From: a virus
Reading direction: 5' to 3' (one strand)
Length of the DNA: 64,000 nucleotides
Virus record (IMG/VR): IMGVR_UViG_3300030419_004440
Span: 1 to 64,000 of that record
Below, piece after piece: positions 8,446-21,100 of the stretch (position 1 is the first letter of the stretch; the number at the start of each line of letters is the position of its first letter). The position numbers and the translations under genes are program-made. The notes under the pieces were generated by a model. That model was not told where the DNA came from. It worked only from the letters and a program-made list of their open reading frames with translations, and made no database searches.

Positions 8446-11400
8446 ATGTCAAAATTTGTACTGACTGCACAGCTACAGCTACAAGCACCCACTAACACCA
8501 GACAGGTAGTAAATCAATTACGTCAGAATTTATCTGGAGTAAATATTCCTGTTCAGGCACAGGGTGCGGCTAAAGCTAAGAAGCAAATAAACCAAGTAAC
8601 CGCCGCCACAAAGCAGGCTTCAAAGTCCGCCCAAAATATGGGTAGGACTTTTGGTCTAGCTTTTAAGCGTTTTGCTGCATTTACAGTAGCTAGTAGGGCC
8701 GTAAGTTTATTTACTAATACATTAGCAAATGCTGTTGAAGAAGCAATAGATTTCCAGCAAGAGATGGTTAAAATTGCTCAGGTTACTGGGAAAACCATTA
8801 AGCAATTGAAGGGTCTTGAAAGAACCGTATGGACTCTTTCAACAAGTCTGGGCGTTAGCTCAAAAGAGCTTCTCTCTACTACCAGAATACTTTCTCAGGC
8901 TGGTATAAAGGCGAGAGACTTAGATGTTGCTCTGGCAGCACTGGCGAAGACTACATTAGCCCCGACCTTTGAAGATATCAATAAGACCGCTGAAGGTGCT
9001 ATTGCTATTTTGGCACAGTTTGGCCAAGGCGTTGGAGCGTTAGAAAGCCAGCTTGGTTCTATTAATGCTGTTGCTGGCCAATTTGCTGTTGAGTCTGGCG
9101 ACCTTATCGGTGCTATTCGCCGTACTGGTGGTGTCTTTAAAGAAGCCGGTGGTACCCTAGAAGAGTTTTTAGGTCTCTTTACTTCTATTCGTGCTACAAC
9201 TCGTGAGAGTGCAGAATCTATTTCTACTGGTCTTAGAACCATTCTTACACGTATTCAACGTCCAAAAACAATAGAGTTTTTGAGGCAGTATGGCGTGGAG
9301 CTAACAGACCTAGAGGGCAGATTTGTAGGCCCGATGGAGGCTGTAAAGAGATTAAACGCTGCCATAGGTGGTCTAGAGCAAGGTGATATAACCTTTATCA
9401 GGATTGCTGAAGAAATTGCTGGCTTTAGGCAAATTGGTAAAGTTATACCACTTCTTAAAGAATATGAGTTGGCAGAAAGGGCTAGACAGGCCGCTGTTGA
9501 GGGTGGAAGCTCTCTTGCAGAAGACGCTGCTACTGCACAACAAGCTTTAGCACGCCAAATAATGAAAGTTAAACAGGAGTTTCAAGAACTCATTCAAGGT
9601 ATCGCTAATACCTCAACTTTTCAAGCTCTGGTAAAAACTACTCTTAATTTAGCGTCTGCTTTAATAAAAGTTGCTGATGCTATCAAACCTTTGCTTCCTC
9701 TCATTGCCGGTCTTGCTGCGTTCAAGATAGCTAAGGGTCTTGGAGGTTTTGCAGCCGGTGTTGGGGGTGCTTTAAGAGGTGCTTCTGGTAAAAATCAAGG
9801 GGGCAAAATTCTCGCCTTTGCTAGGGGTGGTATGGTTCCCGGTCAAGGTAACAGAGACACTGTTCCGGCGATGCTTCAGCCGGGAGAGTTTGTAATACGT
9901 AAGAGTAGCGTCAACAAGATGGGTGCTAACACCCTCGCCGCTATGAATGAGAATAGGTTCGGTGCAGGTGGAGTAATACCGCTTCAAGTTATAAACAATG
10001 ACAACTTCGGTGCTTTCTCAATTTTAGACGAGGGGGACATACACGGGACTAGGGGAAAGAAAATATCCTCTGCTAGCAAAGAACATTTACATCCTAAAAT
10101 AGCCAGAATGATGAAAGGGTTGTCGGCGGGGCAATTGAAAGGGAAGCAGGTTGGTTCAGGTGGACCTGAAGGAGAGTTTAGGGCTACAAAAGATACCAAC
10201 GCACCGAAACTCGCGAGGGCACAAGGCGACCACGCCGCCGCAGCAGCGGCTTATAAAACTGGTAGATATACCAGACCTCAGTTGTCTTACGCTTTTGGGG
10301 CAACAACAATGAATGCCGTTTCTGGCATGACAGCCAAACAGGTAAATAGACTAAGCTCTCAATCAAACATGGGCGACAGAATTGCTAATGCTCAAGCCGC
10401 TTTCAACAGTGGTCAATATAGTGTTACCCTAAAAGGACCATTTGGTATTAGACAAATTGGTGGCCCCAAAGAAGAGATAAAAGAGAAGTTTAGTGCCGGT
10501 ATTTCCTCCGCTGCCGAAACAGCACTAAAGTCCGGAGTAGAAGAAATTGCGAATAGTGACCTTGTTAAAAATCTTGACTTCCCCCCTATAGATACAGATG
10601 AACGCAAACTATATAATTTTAGTAATTTCCTAGATGGTGCAAAAGAGACCGTTGAGGGGTACTTGCTTGAGGGGATTACTGGAGCACTTACAAACGCAAG
10701 AGTTGGCGGTGGTGGAACTAGGTTCGATTTCCCCCGGTTTACGAAAGCCGCAAAAGGCAGATTAAAGAAACTCTATGCTAATGATGATGGGTTTATCGAC
10801 AATCTAAGGGCCGCTGACGCAAAAAGACAGATGAGCACTGCTAGATCAGGAGAGGGTGCCCTAGTAAATAAAATTGCAGCCGATAGGCGGGTAAAAATAC
10901 AACTTGCTAACAGGGGCGGTAGTATTGGCGGTTCAGGAGATACTGTCCCGGCCCTCCTGACTCCGGGTGAATTTGTTTTAAACAAGACCGCGTCTAAAAA
11001 GATAGGTTACGGGAACCTTAACCGAATGAACAAATCTGGTGTTGCTGGATTTAATAAAGGTGGAGCCGTAGGAGTTCAGAGGCTTAATACTGGCGGCATG
11101 ATGGGCGGCATGGGAAGTATGGTTGGCTTTACTGCCTTTGCTATGGTTAATTCCCAACTGCAAGAGCTGGGAACTTCCGCAGACGGTACTCGCAACGCTT
11201 TTGGTAGGGTAACAGATGTCCTTACTAAATATACGGTAGCGATCATTGGTGCTACCATGATTTGGTCGAAGCTGACCGGCAAGACTGTGACTTTTAAAGG
11301 GGTTATGGAAGCATTAAAAGACCCCATGGGTAGCTTAAAGAAGGTTACCAACGGGGCTGTCTCCGCACTTGACAACTTTGTTGCTGGCACTAAAGGTGTT

Positions 11401-14400
11401 CATAGCAAAGAACAGTTTGAGGCAGAGTATGAAACCAAAGGCGGCGATCAGGTATTTAAAACAGGTAAAGAAGACAAAGAAGGCAAGCCTATCTTCCGCA
11501 AGAAAGATGATAAAGGAGAATTTATAACCAGCGGGAAGGGATTTAGGGAGGAGCATCTCACCAAGAAGAAGGGTAAATCTTTAGGCTTTAGGCTTAGAGA
11601 TGATAAAGGTTATACTGGAAAGACCGGCATGTCTGGTAAAGCCACTCTTGATACAGACCCGGTAAATCGGGCGTTGCAAGAACTCGGCGGTGGACTTAAA
11701 GGAGCGTCAGAGGCGAGTAGAAGAATAATAAAGGCACTGAAACTAGAGTGGCTTGCGAGAAACAAGTATGTTCAAGGGATGAAGAAACGTATCTTTGGGG
11801 AAGCACAAATTGACCCAACAACCGGAGCGAAATCAACAAAGGGTGGTGCTATCGGTGGCATGTTTGATAGGTTCACAGACAGTCTAACGGAGTTTGGTAG
11901 AGGAACAAGAACAAAAAAAGGCGGCGTTAAACGCGGAAAGGGGATGTCTGGCAGATTAGGTAGAATGACGCAAAAGATACCCGGAATGAAAACCATTGGT
12001 GGGCTTCTTGGTAGGGGTGCAACATCAGCCGCATCTACGATGGGTGCCGCGAGTGCCGCCGCTGGAGGAGGTGCCGCTGGTGCCGCCGCCGGACTTGCTG
12101 CCGTTGCTGGGCCAGCCATTGCTGTTGTGGGTGCTCTTAAACTTCTGAATGACGTTACGATGGCACTAATAAATACAGAAGAGAGAAAGAGGGACGCTAT
12201 AGAAGCTGGAAATATGGCGGAGGCAGGTAGACTTGCATCTTCGCAAAACTTTGACAATTGGCTTACCGGAGGGTTCCAGCAAGGTCTGGTACAGGCGGCG
12301 ACGGCGGTCGGCGGATGGGTTGACTCGTTTAGTGAAGCTCCCGTACAAGACTCAGGGTTGATAGAAGGCACTGACCAAGTTGGAACATTTGAATATGGTA
12401 TTACCAGACTTTCTGAATTCATGTCCGGTGATTTTTCTGGTGCATTGCGTAAGGCTGCACAGGCAGCCGCAGCGATGTCCGCAGCCCAAAAGAAAGTGAC
12501 ACAAAATTCTAGAGATGCAGCAGATGCGTTGGCAGATTTTAAGCTAGGCAATATCTCAGCGAACGAGTTATTCGACGAACAAAGTAAAAACTTTAAGAAC
12601 TTTGGATTCGCTCAAAGAAAGGCGGCGGATGCACTTGCGGCTTCAGGTGATGCTGACTCAAAATCAACTGGGTTCACCGCTGGTGTCAGAAACACTCTCG
12701 CGTGGACAGTAGGGTTCATTCCCGGTGTAAACATAGACACAGCAGGAGAAAAGAACGAAAAAATAGACCAGAATATCAAAGCAGATAAAGAGGCAAGGGA
12801 AAAATTTGAGGCAGAATTTGACAAGATGACCCCAGCTTTTAATTCCCTTAGTAAAAGCATCCACTTAAGCGGTGGTACTCTTGAAGACTTTAAGCAGCAA
12901 CTTGAAGACAATGGAACCGCAGCCTATCTAACTGAAGAGCAAATGAAAACTCTGGAAAAGAGATTTGCACAACAAGCACAAGCAGTTGATAGACAGATTG
13001 CGTATATAAAAGCGTTAAATTTTGGACTTAGAGACGCAGCAGCAGCCGCCGGTGCCATGTCCACAACAATGTCAAACATTGTGAAATCAGGTGAAGCTGG
13101 ATTCAATAACTTTGAAGCCTCCGCCGCAGTGCTTGAGGCGTCTGTTACATCGGCTGGTAAGCATATTGGTGACGCACAATTGGATAACGCCATAACTGAC
13201 TTAGAATCCTCTATGAGAACTTTTGGTGTAAGTGAGGGGAAAATTGGTCAGACTACAGACACCATGCGTGGGCTAAGAGACGCACAGGCAAACACTGATA
13301 AAGCCTTAAAGAAAGCACAGGATGCTTTAATGGCGGGTGGAGACGTTTCACCTCAAGCTATCAAGGATGCTTTAGGAGAAGGGTTATTAGAGGGGGTGGA
13401 AGGGCCAGCAAGAGAAAAGCTATCAGCAGCTATTGACAATTTAGAAATAGATGACGAAATGCGAGCCATGATTAAGGCTGGAGAAATAGACAAGGTTCTT
13501 GAAAAAACCCTTGATCCAGTCACCAAAGCCGCTGCTGAAGAGGCTGTCGCTCTGGTTAAGAAACGCGGTGAATTAGAGAATGTATTAATTTCAGCTACAC
13601 AGAAAAGAATACAGCAAGAAAATGAATATATTCAAGCACAAAAGGCGGCCATCAACACACAGCTAGAAGCTGCTAAACTATTCGAAGATTTTGGTGGGGC
13701 AGCTTTAACCACTCAGGATAAATTGGGTGCCAGAATAGCACAGGCAAATTTATCTTTGGGTGCCGCAGGCGTTGGTGGTCTTGCGGGAGGTGGTGCTGGA
13801 GATATAAGACGGGCACTATCTGAGGTTAGAGCGGCCACCGTCAATCAAAATGACATGGCTAACGCGGCCAGACTCGGAAAAGCACAAGGGAAAGATGTCC
13901 GTGGGGCTTTTGAAGGTGCGGCTGGACTAGACGCAGACAAGCGTGATGAACTAAAAGCTGCCAACAAAGCTATTGTAGAGTTTACACAACAAAGAATAGC
14001 TTTAGTTAAAGAAGAGCTTGCGATTGCAGAAAAGAAAAATGCAGCAGAAAAAGAGGCACTCGATAAACTGCTTGGTGGGGATATTGAAGGATTCTTAGAA
14101 GGGCAATTAGCTGCCGCTGCTGGTTCTGCACTTAGAATGGGCGATGCTGGGGTTGCTAGTGCGTTTGGTGCCGGAGCTTTAGGTGCAGGATTTCAAACAT
14201 TAGAGGGGCAAGGTCTATCTGATCGAGCGATGCAAAACGCGGCAGGTTTAGCACTACAAAATGTAGGAATAACAGATCCAAGAGCGGCACAGGTTATGGC
14301 TGGAACTACAGCGGAAGAAGAACGCCTTAAGGAAGAAGGTAGAGGTCTTGCACAAGTTCTTGGGGATGCAGCACAGCAAGGAGCAGATTTAGAAAGAATG

Positions 14401-15102
14401 GACGTTGAAGCTGGAATGGTTGTGATCAAAGCTGCAAAGATGGAGCTAGAACGTTTCGAGAAAAACCCCGAAGGGTTTCATAGAGGTGGCATGGTCTATG
14501 CTAGTCGTGGCATGTTTGTACCGCGTGGTACCGATACGGTTCCAGCCATGCTAACACCCGGAGAATTCGTTGTAAATCGTTCTGCCGTCAATGCTGGAAA
14601 TAATTTAGCATTACTAACAGCAATGAACGGTGGGGCTGGAGGTGCAGCAGGAATGTCTAGGGGTGGAATGGTTTATATGAAAGACGGTGGGATATTGGGT
14701 AAAGTTGCCAACTTTATGACAACTTATGGCACTCCAGCAGGTTTTAGTAAATTGATGGGAGGTCCAGACATCGGCCAGATGGTCGAGGATGGCATTAACG
14801 CAACAAGCGACAGTATAAAACAAAATGTGCTTGACCCTCTCAAAAACGCTCTCGAAGATCCAACTGGATTAAAAGGAGCATTTACCCAATTTGACCAAAG
14901 CGTGCAAAAGCTCGTGGATTTACAGTTAAATGTAAAAGTAGACCCAACCAACGTAACAGTTAACTTTCAAGGTGGCAGCTTCTTGTCAACAATGAAAGAC
15001 GAAATAAGAAACGAGTTATTGGCGGAGGTCCAACGTAAGATAGGCGATGCTAAGTTTAACGAATCTGGTGAACTTCAGTCAAACCCCGGAAATATGCCGT
15101 AG
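8446..15102 (+). CDS. Tail tape measure protein (TP901-type core), 2218 aa
   Basis: Ala/Gly-rich helical protein with core motifs (AIDFQQEMVKIAQVTG, INAVAGQFAVESGDLIGAIRRTGG, ESAESISTGLRTILTRIQR), hydrophobic segments, and three DTVPAxLxPGEFV motifs. Confidence 0.92.
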   Translation: MSKFVLTAQLQLQAPTNTRQVVNQLRQNLSGVNIPVQAQGAAKAKKQINQVTAATKQASKSAQNMGRTFGLAFKRFAAFTVASRAVSLFTNTLANAVEEAIDFQQEMVKIAQVTGKTIKQLKGLERTVWTLSTSLGVSSKELLSTTRILSQAGIKARDLDVALAALAKTTLAPTFEDINKTAEGAIAILAQFGQGVGALESQLGSINAVAGQFAVESGDLIGAIRRTGGVFKEAGGTLEEFLGLFTSIRATTRESAESISTGLRTILTRIQRPKTIEFLRQYGVELTDLEGRFVGPMEAVKRLNAAIGGLEQGDITFIRIAEEIAGFRQIGKVIPLLKEYELAERARQAAVEGGSSLAEDAATAQQALARQIMKVKQEFQELIQGIANTSTFQALVKTTLNLASALIKVADAIKPLLPLIAGLAAFKIAKGLGGFAAGVGGALRGASGKNQGGKILAFARGGMVPGQGNRDTVPAMLQPGEFVIRKSSVNKMGANTLAAMNENRFGAGGVIPLQVINNDNFGAFSILDEGDIHGTRGKKISSASKEHLHPKIARMMKGLSAGQLKGKQVGSGGPEGEFRATKDTNAPKLARAQGDHAAAAAAYKTGRYTRPQLSYAFGATTMNAVSGMTAKQVNRLSSQSNMGDRIANAQAAFNSGQYSVTLKGPFGIRQIGGPKEEIKEKFSAGISSAAETALKSGVEEIANSDLVKNLDFPPIDTDERKLYNFSNFLDGAKETVEGYLLEGITGALTNARVGGGGTRFDFPRFTKAAKGRLKKLYANDDGFIDNLRAADAKRQMSTARSGEGALVNKIAADRRVKIQLANRGGSIGGSGDTVPALLTPGEFVLNKTASKKIGYGNLNRMNKSGVAGFNKGGAVGVQRLNTGGMMGGMGSMVGFTAFAMVNSQLQELGTSADGTRNAFGRVTDVLTKYTVAIIGATMIWSKLTGKTVTFKGVMEALKDPMGSLKKVTNGAVSALDNFVAGTKGVHSKEQFEAEYETKGGDQVFKTGKEDKEGKPIFRKKDDKGEFITSGKGFREEHLTKKKGKSLGFRLRDDKGYTGKTGMSGKATLDTDPVNRALQELGGGLKGASEASRRIIKALKLEWLARNKYVQGMKKRIFGEAQIDPTTGAKSTKGGAIGGMFDRFTDSLTEFGRGTRTKKGGVKRGKGMSGRLGRMTQKIPGMKTIGGLLGRGATSAASTMGAASAAAGGGAAGAAAGLAAVAGPAIAVVGALKLLNDVTMALINTEERKRDAIEAGNMAEAGRLASSQNFDNWLTGGFQQGLVQAATAVGGWVDSFSEAPVQDSGLIEGTDQVGTFEYGITRLSEFMSGDFSGALRKAAQAAAAMSAAQKKVTQNSRDAADALADFKLGNISANELFDEQSKNFKNFGFAQRKAADALAASGDADSKSTGFTAGVRNTLAWTVGFIPGVNIDTAGEKNEKIDQNIKADKEAREKFEAEFDKMTPAFNSLSKSIHLSGGTLEDFKQQLEDNGTAAYLTEEQMKTLEKRFAQQAQAVDRQIAYIKALNFGLRDAAAAAGAMSTTMSNIVKSGEAGFNNFEASAAVLEASVTSAGKHIGDAQLDNAITDLESSMRTFGVSEGKIGQTTDTMRGLRDAQANTDKALKKAQDALMAGGDVSPQAIKDALGEGLLEGVEGPAREKLSAAIDNLEIDDEMRAMIKAGEIDKVLEKTLDPVTKAAAEEAVALVKKRGELENVLISATQKRIQQENEYIQAQKAAINTQLEAAKLFEDFGGAALTTQDKLGARIAQANLSLGAAGVGGLAGGGAGDIRRALSEVRAATVNQNDMANAARLGKAQGKDVRGAFEGAAGLDADKRDELKAANKAIVEFTQQRIALVKEELAIAEKKNAAEKEALDKLLGGDIEGFLEGQLAAAAGSALRMGDAGVASAFGAGALGAGFQTLEGQGLSDRAMQNAAGLALQNVGITDPRAAQVMAGTTAEEERLKEEGRGLAQVLGDAAQQGADLERMDVEAGMVVIKAAKMELERFEKNPEGFHRGGMVYASRGMFVPRGTDTVPAMLTPGEFVVNRSAVNAGNNLALLTAMNGGAGGAAGMSRGGMVYMKDGGILGKVANFMTTYGTPAGFSKLMGGPDIGQMVEDGINATSDSIKQNVLDPLKNALEDPTGLKGAFTQFDQSVQKLVDLQLNVKVDPTNVTVNFQGGSFLSTMKDEIRNELLAEVQRKIGDAKFNESGELQSNPGNMP

Positions 15103-15112
15103 GTAGGAAAAG

Positions 15113-18100
15113 ATGGAATCGAAACCAAAACACTTAAAATTTTTGGAGTGCCTATGCGTTAAGAAGACAGACGCAAACGTTGCCTCCTCTTCGGCAATAT
15201 CTGCAAAAGCATCGTGTAACCCCGCAAACATCAAAAGCATCGCCGTTGGTCATGGTGATATACACAAAGCGGACATGGTTCGTGTTCGCTGCCAGTCGCT
15301 AACTCTTAGTGGCGAAGCATCTATTTCTGCCAAATTGTCCGCAAAGGGCATAATGATAAATGCTTCTTTAGATGGCGAAGGTGATATACACAAACAAGAT
15401 TTAACCGCAAAATATTCAGCAAAAGAAAATCTCGAAAACATCACCAAACTAAACCCGACCGTATTAGAAAAGATAAAGGGTGACTTTGGAGACTTTGAGT
15501 GCGTTCAAAAGCTATACCCAATAAAAGACGTTGAAACAGACTTAACATTGGGTAAATTTGTTGGCCCATATAAAGAGTCTGGGAATCTCTACACCTTTAT
15601 TGATGACGGCGTTTTCACGGGTGATCATGATAAACAATTTGGCCAGAGTCAAATATTATCTGATGATGCCGGTGGATACATACAGCCGCTAACTTTCAGT
15701 ACAGATGGTGAATTTCAATATAAAGCCAACATCACAAACGTGTTGGTGAGGCCTGACGAAACAAGATTCAGGATGAGGGCGTCGGCACCCATACGCAACT
15801 ATGAAGCGAAAATTGCACCAAGATATACCGTTCACAATATCAAACTAACAGACCCCTCCGGCAACCTAGTTGTACATTATAATGATATAATATTCAAGGG
15901 TGACTCAGACCAAGACAACGAACCGGAGAAAAATTTTGCTACATTTTCTTCATCCCCAAAGACAAACAACGTAACTAAATATTATGGGTGGCAAGACGGA
16001 TACCCATTAATGGACATGGTTACTGGGTATCAAATAAGCTTTGATGTAAAAGTAGAAGCGTTGGATGATGCTTTTGACACCGGATTTGATAAAGGTTTTG
16101 AAGAGAATCACATTTTATTTGAGTCCAGTGCCAGCGGAAGTGATTATCTAGCACTTGATGGCACTCCTATTTCTACTCAAGATCCAACCTTAATAAACCC
16201 CACAAAAAATATTCGTATATCCGCTATTGAGATATGTAATAGTGGAGTCCTTGGCGAGGGGTATGGGCCAAGGCACGAGAATTACCTTAGTCTTTACGCT
16301 GAGGTTCCGGTAAAAGGAAGAAGAATAGAGCGTAAGATTGTTCCCAACTTTATGCCTTTGGCTAGTGTGTCTGGCTTTGATACTGGCGTTTGGCCGACTG
16401 TCAGTAGTATTTGGGAGCCCAACAATGTTCCAAACACTTCAAACCTTAACGAGTGTGGCTCTGAACAAATTATTAAGAATATATCTGATGGGCTTGACAC
16501 TACATATGCTACGCTTGATACAATTGGTCACCATCTAGACTCTGGCAAACTTACTCTTAGGTTTACCCACGGTAGAAATATTACTGAGATAACGCAGGGT
16601 GCGTTTGGTTGTGGTTTTGATCAGTCAACTTGCAATTCTTGGTATTCGCCTAGCGGTGCATTCGACACAGAAAATAAAACCCCTCTACAAGATAAAAACG
16701 GTTTCTTTACAGTAGAATCTGTTACTCTTAAGGTAAGGGCAAAAAAAGCTACTGGAACGAGAGACTTTGTTTTTGATGTAGTTGGCTACAGTGACGACAA
16801 ACTTCTAAATGTCACAAAAGCACCAAGCGGGTTCTTACAAAACCCCTCTGGCGTGCAGGTTAATAATGTTATATTTGCCAGCGAAGGGGTACATCCTTAT
16901 GCGTCTGGATTCCTCCCACATAGTAGCGACTTAGCACTTGGTGGAGACGGTCTCTCAGAAAAAGACTATCACTTTGAAGCTAGCGGTAACCATGGTGGTG
17001 ATCATTACTCATTGACAACATATCCAGTTGTTAGGTCTACAGAGTTTGCAGATTACGAGGTTCCTCTAAAGATATTTGACGATGACGTAAATCTTGGTAA
17101 GTCTAGAGATTATACAATGGGTTCTCTTTTTGAGAACTTATATTTGGATATATATCCACTACCCACAGGTGTCAGCATTGCTGATATACACCTACTTGTC
17201 AGGTTTGCCCCCCAAGACGCATTTAATCTTTCTGTACAGGGTGGTGAGGAAAAAAGAACAATCCCATACGGAAGATCAGAGGGTAAATTGTTCCCAATCG
17301 CCAGAAATTCTTCTGGTGACGCTATGCTAAATGCGGGCTCTGGTTATAACCCACTATCCACAATCAGCAACATACCACATGCTTATGCTACCCCGTCTAG
17401 TATTAAAAGTAATTACTCTAGAAGGTGGCGTGGTATGGAAGGGACTGTCAATGGACCGTTTGACGTTGACATGTTCAGCTTTGGCTTTGAGAACCCTCAC
17501 GTTGACTTCCCATTCAAACTTGGTTACTATGATTTCGCAAGTTTTGATACTGATAGCGGCCCAACACACTTCTTGAATAGAAACAAGGGCTTGAACCTTA
17601 TGGGTTCTGGTGAGCACACTGAATGCGATTTATTCTTAAGGAATGGAAGCTATCAATTTGATATAGTTAAGAATATTGGCTGGAGATTTAGCTCTGGAAC
17701 CATCTTCCAAAATCACCTGCCCGGATACACGACTTCTTATGAGACAACTGACTGGACTTCTTACTCAGACGGTAGTCGCGACTTTACCAACGATGACCTC
17801 TACGGTAAAATTGCCGACGCGTTTGACACAGCGGTCAGGGTATCTGGTAGAGGTGGTGGAACATATCTAGACCTATCTGCTGATGATGGAATAATTAACA
17901 CATCTGGCGGCTTCTCTGTATTCATAAGGTTTACCCCAGATAAAAATGTTAGCGGCAAGATATCTAGCACAGAATATAACCTGTTTAACTCTGGTGTTCT
18001 TTTCTCTAAATGGGAATCCCCTAGTCACTTAGATTTCGCTCTTGGCTATAAAGATGGCTATCTCACAGCTTACGCAAAGGATATGGATGAAAATCTAATC

Positions 18101-21100
18101 GAGATTCAAGATACTTTAAAATATCATGCCTATAGCTATCCATTATCCGTATTACTTACATATAATGACCATGACCAGAGTGGATTAAAACTATATACCG
18201 ACAACGAGGCTAATCGGCATACTTATACTGAAGCATTTGACTCTTCGTTGGACGGCGAACATATATACATAAGAGCGTCTTCTGACCCGTTTAGAAAAGT
18301 TCACATTCCAAACAAGGGCGTGGATGATCCAAACGTAACCGTTGGCTGGGCTGGCGGCTCCGGTGTTGGTATGAACATGTTTGTCACCGAATTCGGCATG
18401 TCTACTTGGGAGTCCGGTGTTAATAGTGGTGCAGATAGAATCTATCCTTATGGATCGGGTACTAACATTGTTGAGTATAACGCAGATAGAACACACAAAC
18501 AGGTCACCGCTTCTGAATTTCTTGCTGGGGTTAGGGCTAAGTTTTATGAGCCAGAAGAAAATTATAACACAGACACATATGAGCTATGGGACTACGTAAA
18601 TGAGGACACTGTAGTTGATTGGAACCTTGGTGACTTCGCATATAAATCATTTACGCATGAGTTTTCATCTTTGGCCAGTACTGTTGGAAAAAGAACAGGA
18701 AGAGACCTTATTGGTTTCAACCTAAAACACCACGGGTCTGGATATATACAATATGCTAATTACGCAATGCCAGCAAATGTAGATAGCGGCGTAGCATACC
18801 ACACCCAGATAGAAAATGATTTCCTAAGATTCCATTTAAGTGAAACCGCAGATAATTTCTATTCAGCACACAAAAGAATAAGCAAAAATCTACCTGCTGG
18901 ATATAAGTTTTCAGAGAATTCACTGGTTGTAGACACTGTAATAGAACATGAGACCGACAATATTATATCTTGGAATAAGTGCTTGTCATCGGCTAACGTC
19001 ACCTGTACTGAACATAGACATCATTACGAGGGTCTTTATGGTCCAAAGCTGATTGTCAGTCTTTACACAAAACGTCAAGAGCCGAGATGGAGCACAGACG
19101 AGCCTAACTGGGGTTTGGTAAATAGAGACATACATTATTTACCCGCATCTGGTGCTATCTCAAAACTCACTAGTTCTTTTTCTTATGATAGCCTAGTAGA
19201 CGAAACTGAAGAATGGGCTTTATTCCCGAACGAGCCGAGATATAAAGACTTTGACGAAAGGTACTTCTCGTCAGACGTTGATGATATGTTCTTGCAATAC
19301 GATATTGTCTATCCGTCTGGCCCGCCCTTCCAATCTAGGGTTAATATACACAGTGCTCATGTTAGAATGGAAGACGCACTAGTGTGTGCAACACAAGACA
19401 TTGGCAAAATGAATTTTTATGCCAGTGGTGCTAATTCTCTAAATGTTAACTTGGAGACATTTATTAGTGGCGGATTTAATCCCACTGATCCAAAATTGAA
19501 GCTTTACACGCACGGTTCTCTTGTTCCTTGGTCTGGCTTGAATCTTATTACTAGCGGAATGATGAGAGTGGAATCTTCCGGGTTCCCATTGTTTAGTATG
19601 TCTAGCCTCTGGATGGAAAGCCCTATATGGCCACCTGCTTCTGGGATGCAACTACTGGTATCCGGCAATACCCCATCCTCCGAGTCTGGGCTGTTCAATC
19701 TAACTCTACCAAACGCTCACGGAATAGCCTCTGTAAATATGCCCTTGACTCTTGTGAACACGACCACAAGTTATATACCTTCTGGAGGCACATTAGATCT
19801 ATTTGTCTATGCGGCTGATGGCAACGTTGCTAGTGGAACCACAGGAATAAGAGCCGTTCCGTTTAATATGAATATTGCTGGAAAAGGGGCTAAAACAAAG
19901 TTCTCTTTAAATGGAAGCCTTAATATGAACGTATTTGGCTTCGCTATTCCTGAGAATAGATTCCCGTCAGTTGCTATGCCGCTATTCATTGAGGGGACAC
20001 CAGCAGTAACAGCTTCAATGCCGCTATACGTCACAAATATCCCCAAAGTTGTTAATACAAGCACTACATCTGACGGCTCTGACGATGGTTTAATTAATGG
20101 TCTAAATCTCTTTACCGCCAATTATGCCGGTGCGGGTTCTGACTATTTAATGTGGTACAGTGAAAGTTTTGGAAGAGCGATAACAGAGGCAGATAACCCT
20201 TATGCATCTGTATCCGTTGGAAACGATATTAGAGGAGTTGATCTAATTGGTTACGGTTCTTGTACTGGCAATAGTACCAAGAAGGCTATAGATCCAGCTT
20301 TAATAACAGACGATACAGTCTGGAGAGAAGAGACGTGTAATGAAGGTGGAATATTCAGAGCTATTTCAACTTATACAAATTTGACTACGTCCGGCTTTGG
20401 CGACACCACAGGCTTCAGTGGAAATTATTATGGTATCAGAAAGTATACAGGCTTAAGGCCCGGTGCACCATATCAAGCCACAATGAGTGTGCTAACTGGA
20501 AATACAGACCCAATAAAAGTTCCTAGAGATCTTGAAGATTGGGAATATGGACACTGTGGCCCACGACATTTTAATGATGCGGGCGGATCTAGCGGCTGCT
20601 GTGACGCCTATGAAGGTTGCAGAGGAAACAACTTGGTGTACTCTGGTGCAAAGATGATAGGCGATTACCCAGTCATTGGTGACAAGTACGCGTCGCAGCT
20701 TAACTCCTTAACACCGGTTTCTGGAAGAAACCCAAAAGACAACTACGGTAGAGCCGTTAGTGTCATGGGCGATTTAATGGCTGTTGGTTCTCCAAATATC
20801 CATGTTCCCTATATTGATAGTGTAGGAAACATAGAAAGAACTGTGGATGAGGCGGGATCTATTTTCCTCTACAGGCGAGACACCGACGTAGCTGGAACAA
20901 AAGCTCCTTGGAGCATGGAAGATAGGCTAATGTTACCTTCCGGCTACAGAAAAGATTTTGTATCAAGAGTAGTAAAAAATCTGATAACATATGACCAGTG
21001 GTCTATTTCTGGCAAACAGTGGAATGTTGGTCAAGAAGGTAGAAGGCTAGGATATTCTTTAGATCTTTGTTCTAGCGGTGATAGAGAGACTATCGTTGCT

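Noticed and set aside
8895-14951. Many antisense ORFs (up to 259 aa) within the tape measure gene, and similar ones within other long genes
   Set aside because: Shadow ORFs expected from Ala/Gly-rich codon usage; no RBS or recognisable motifs.
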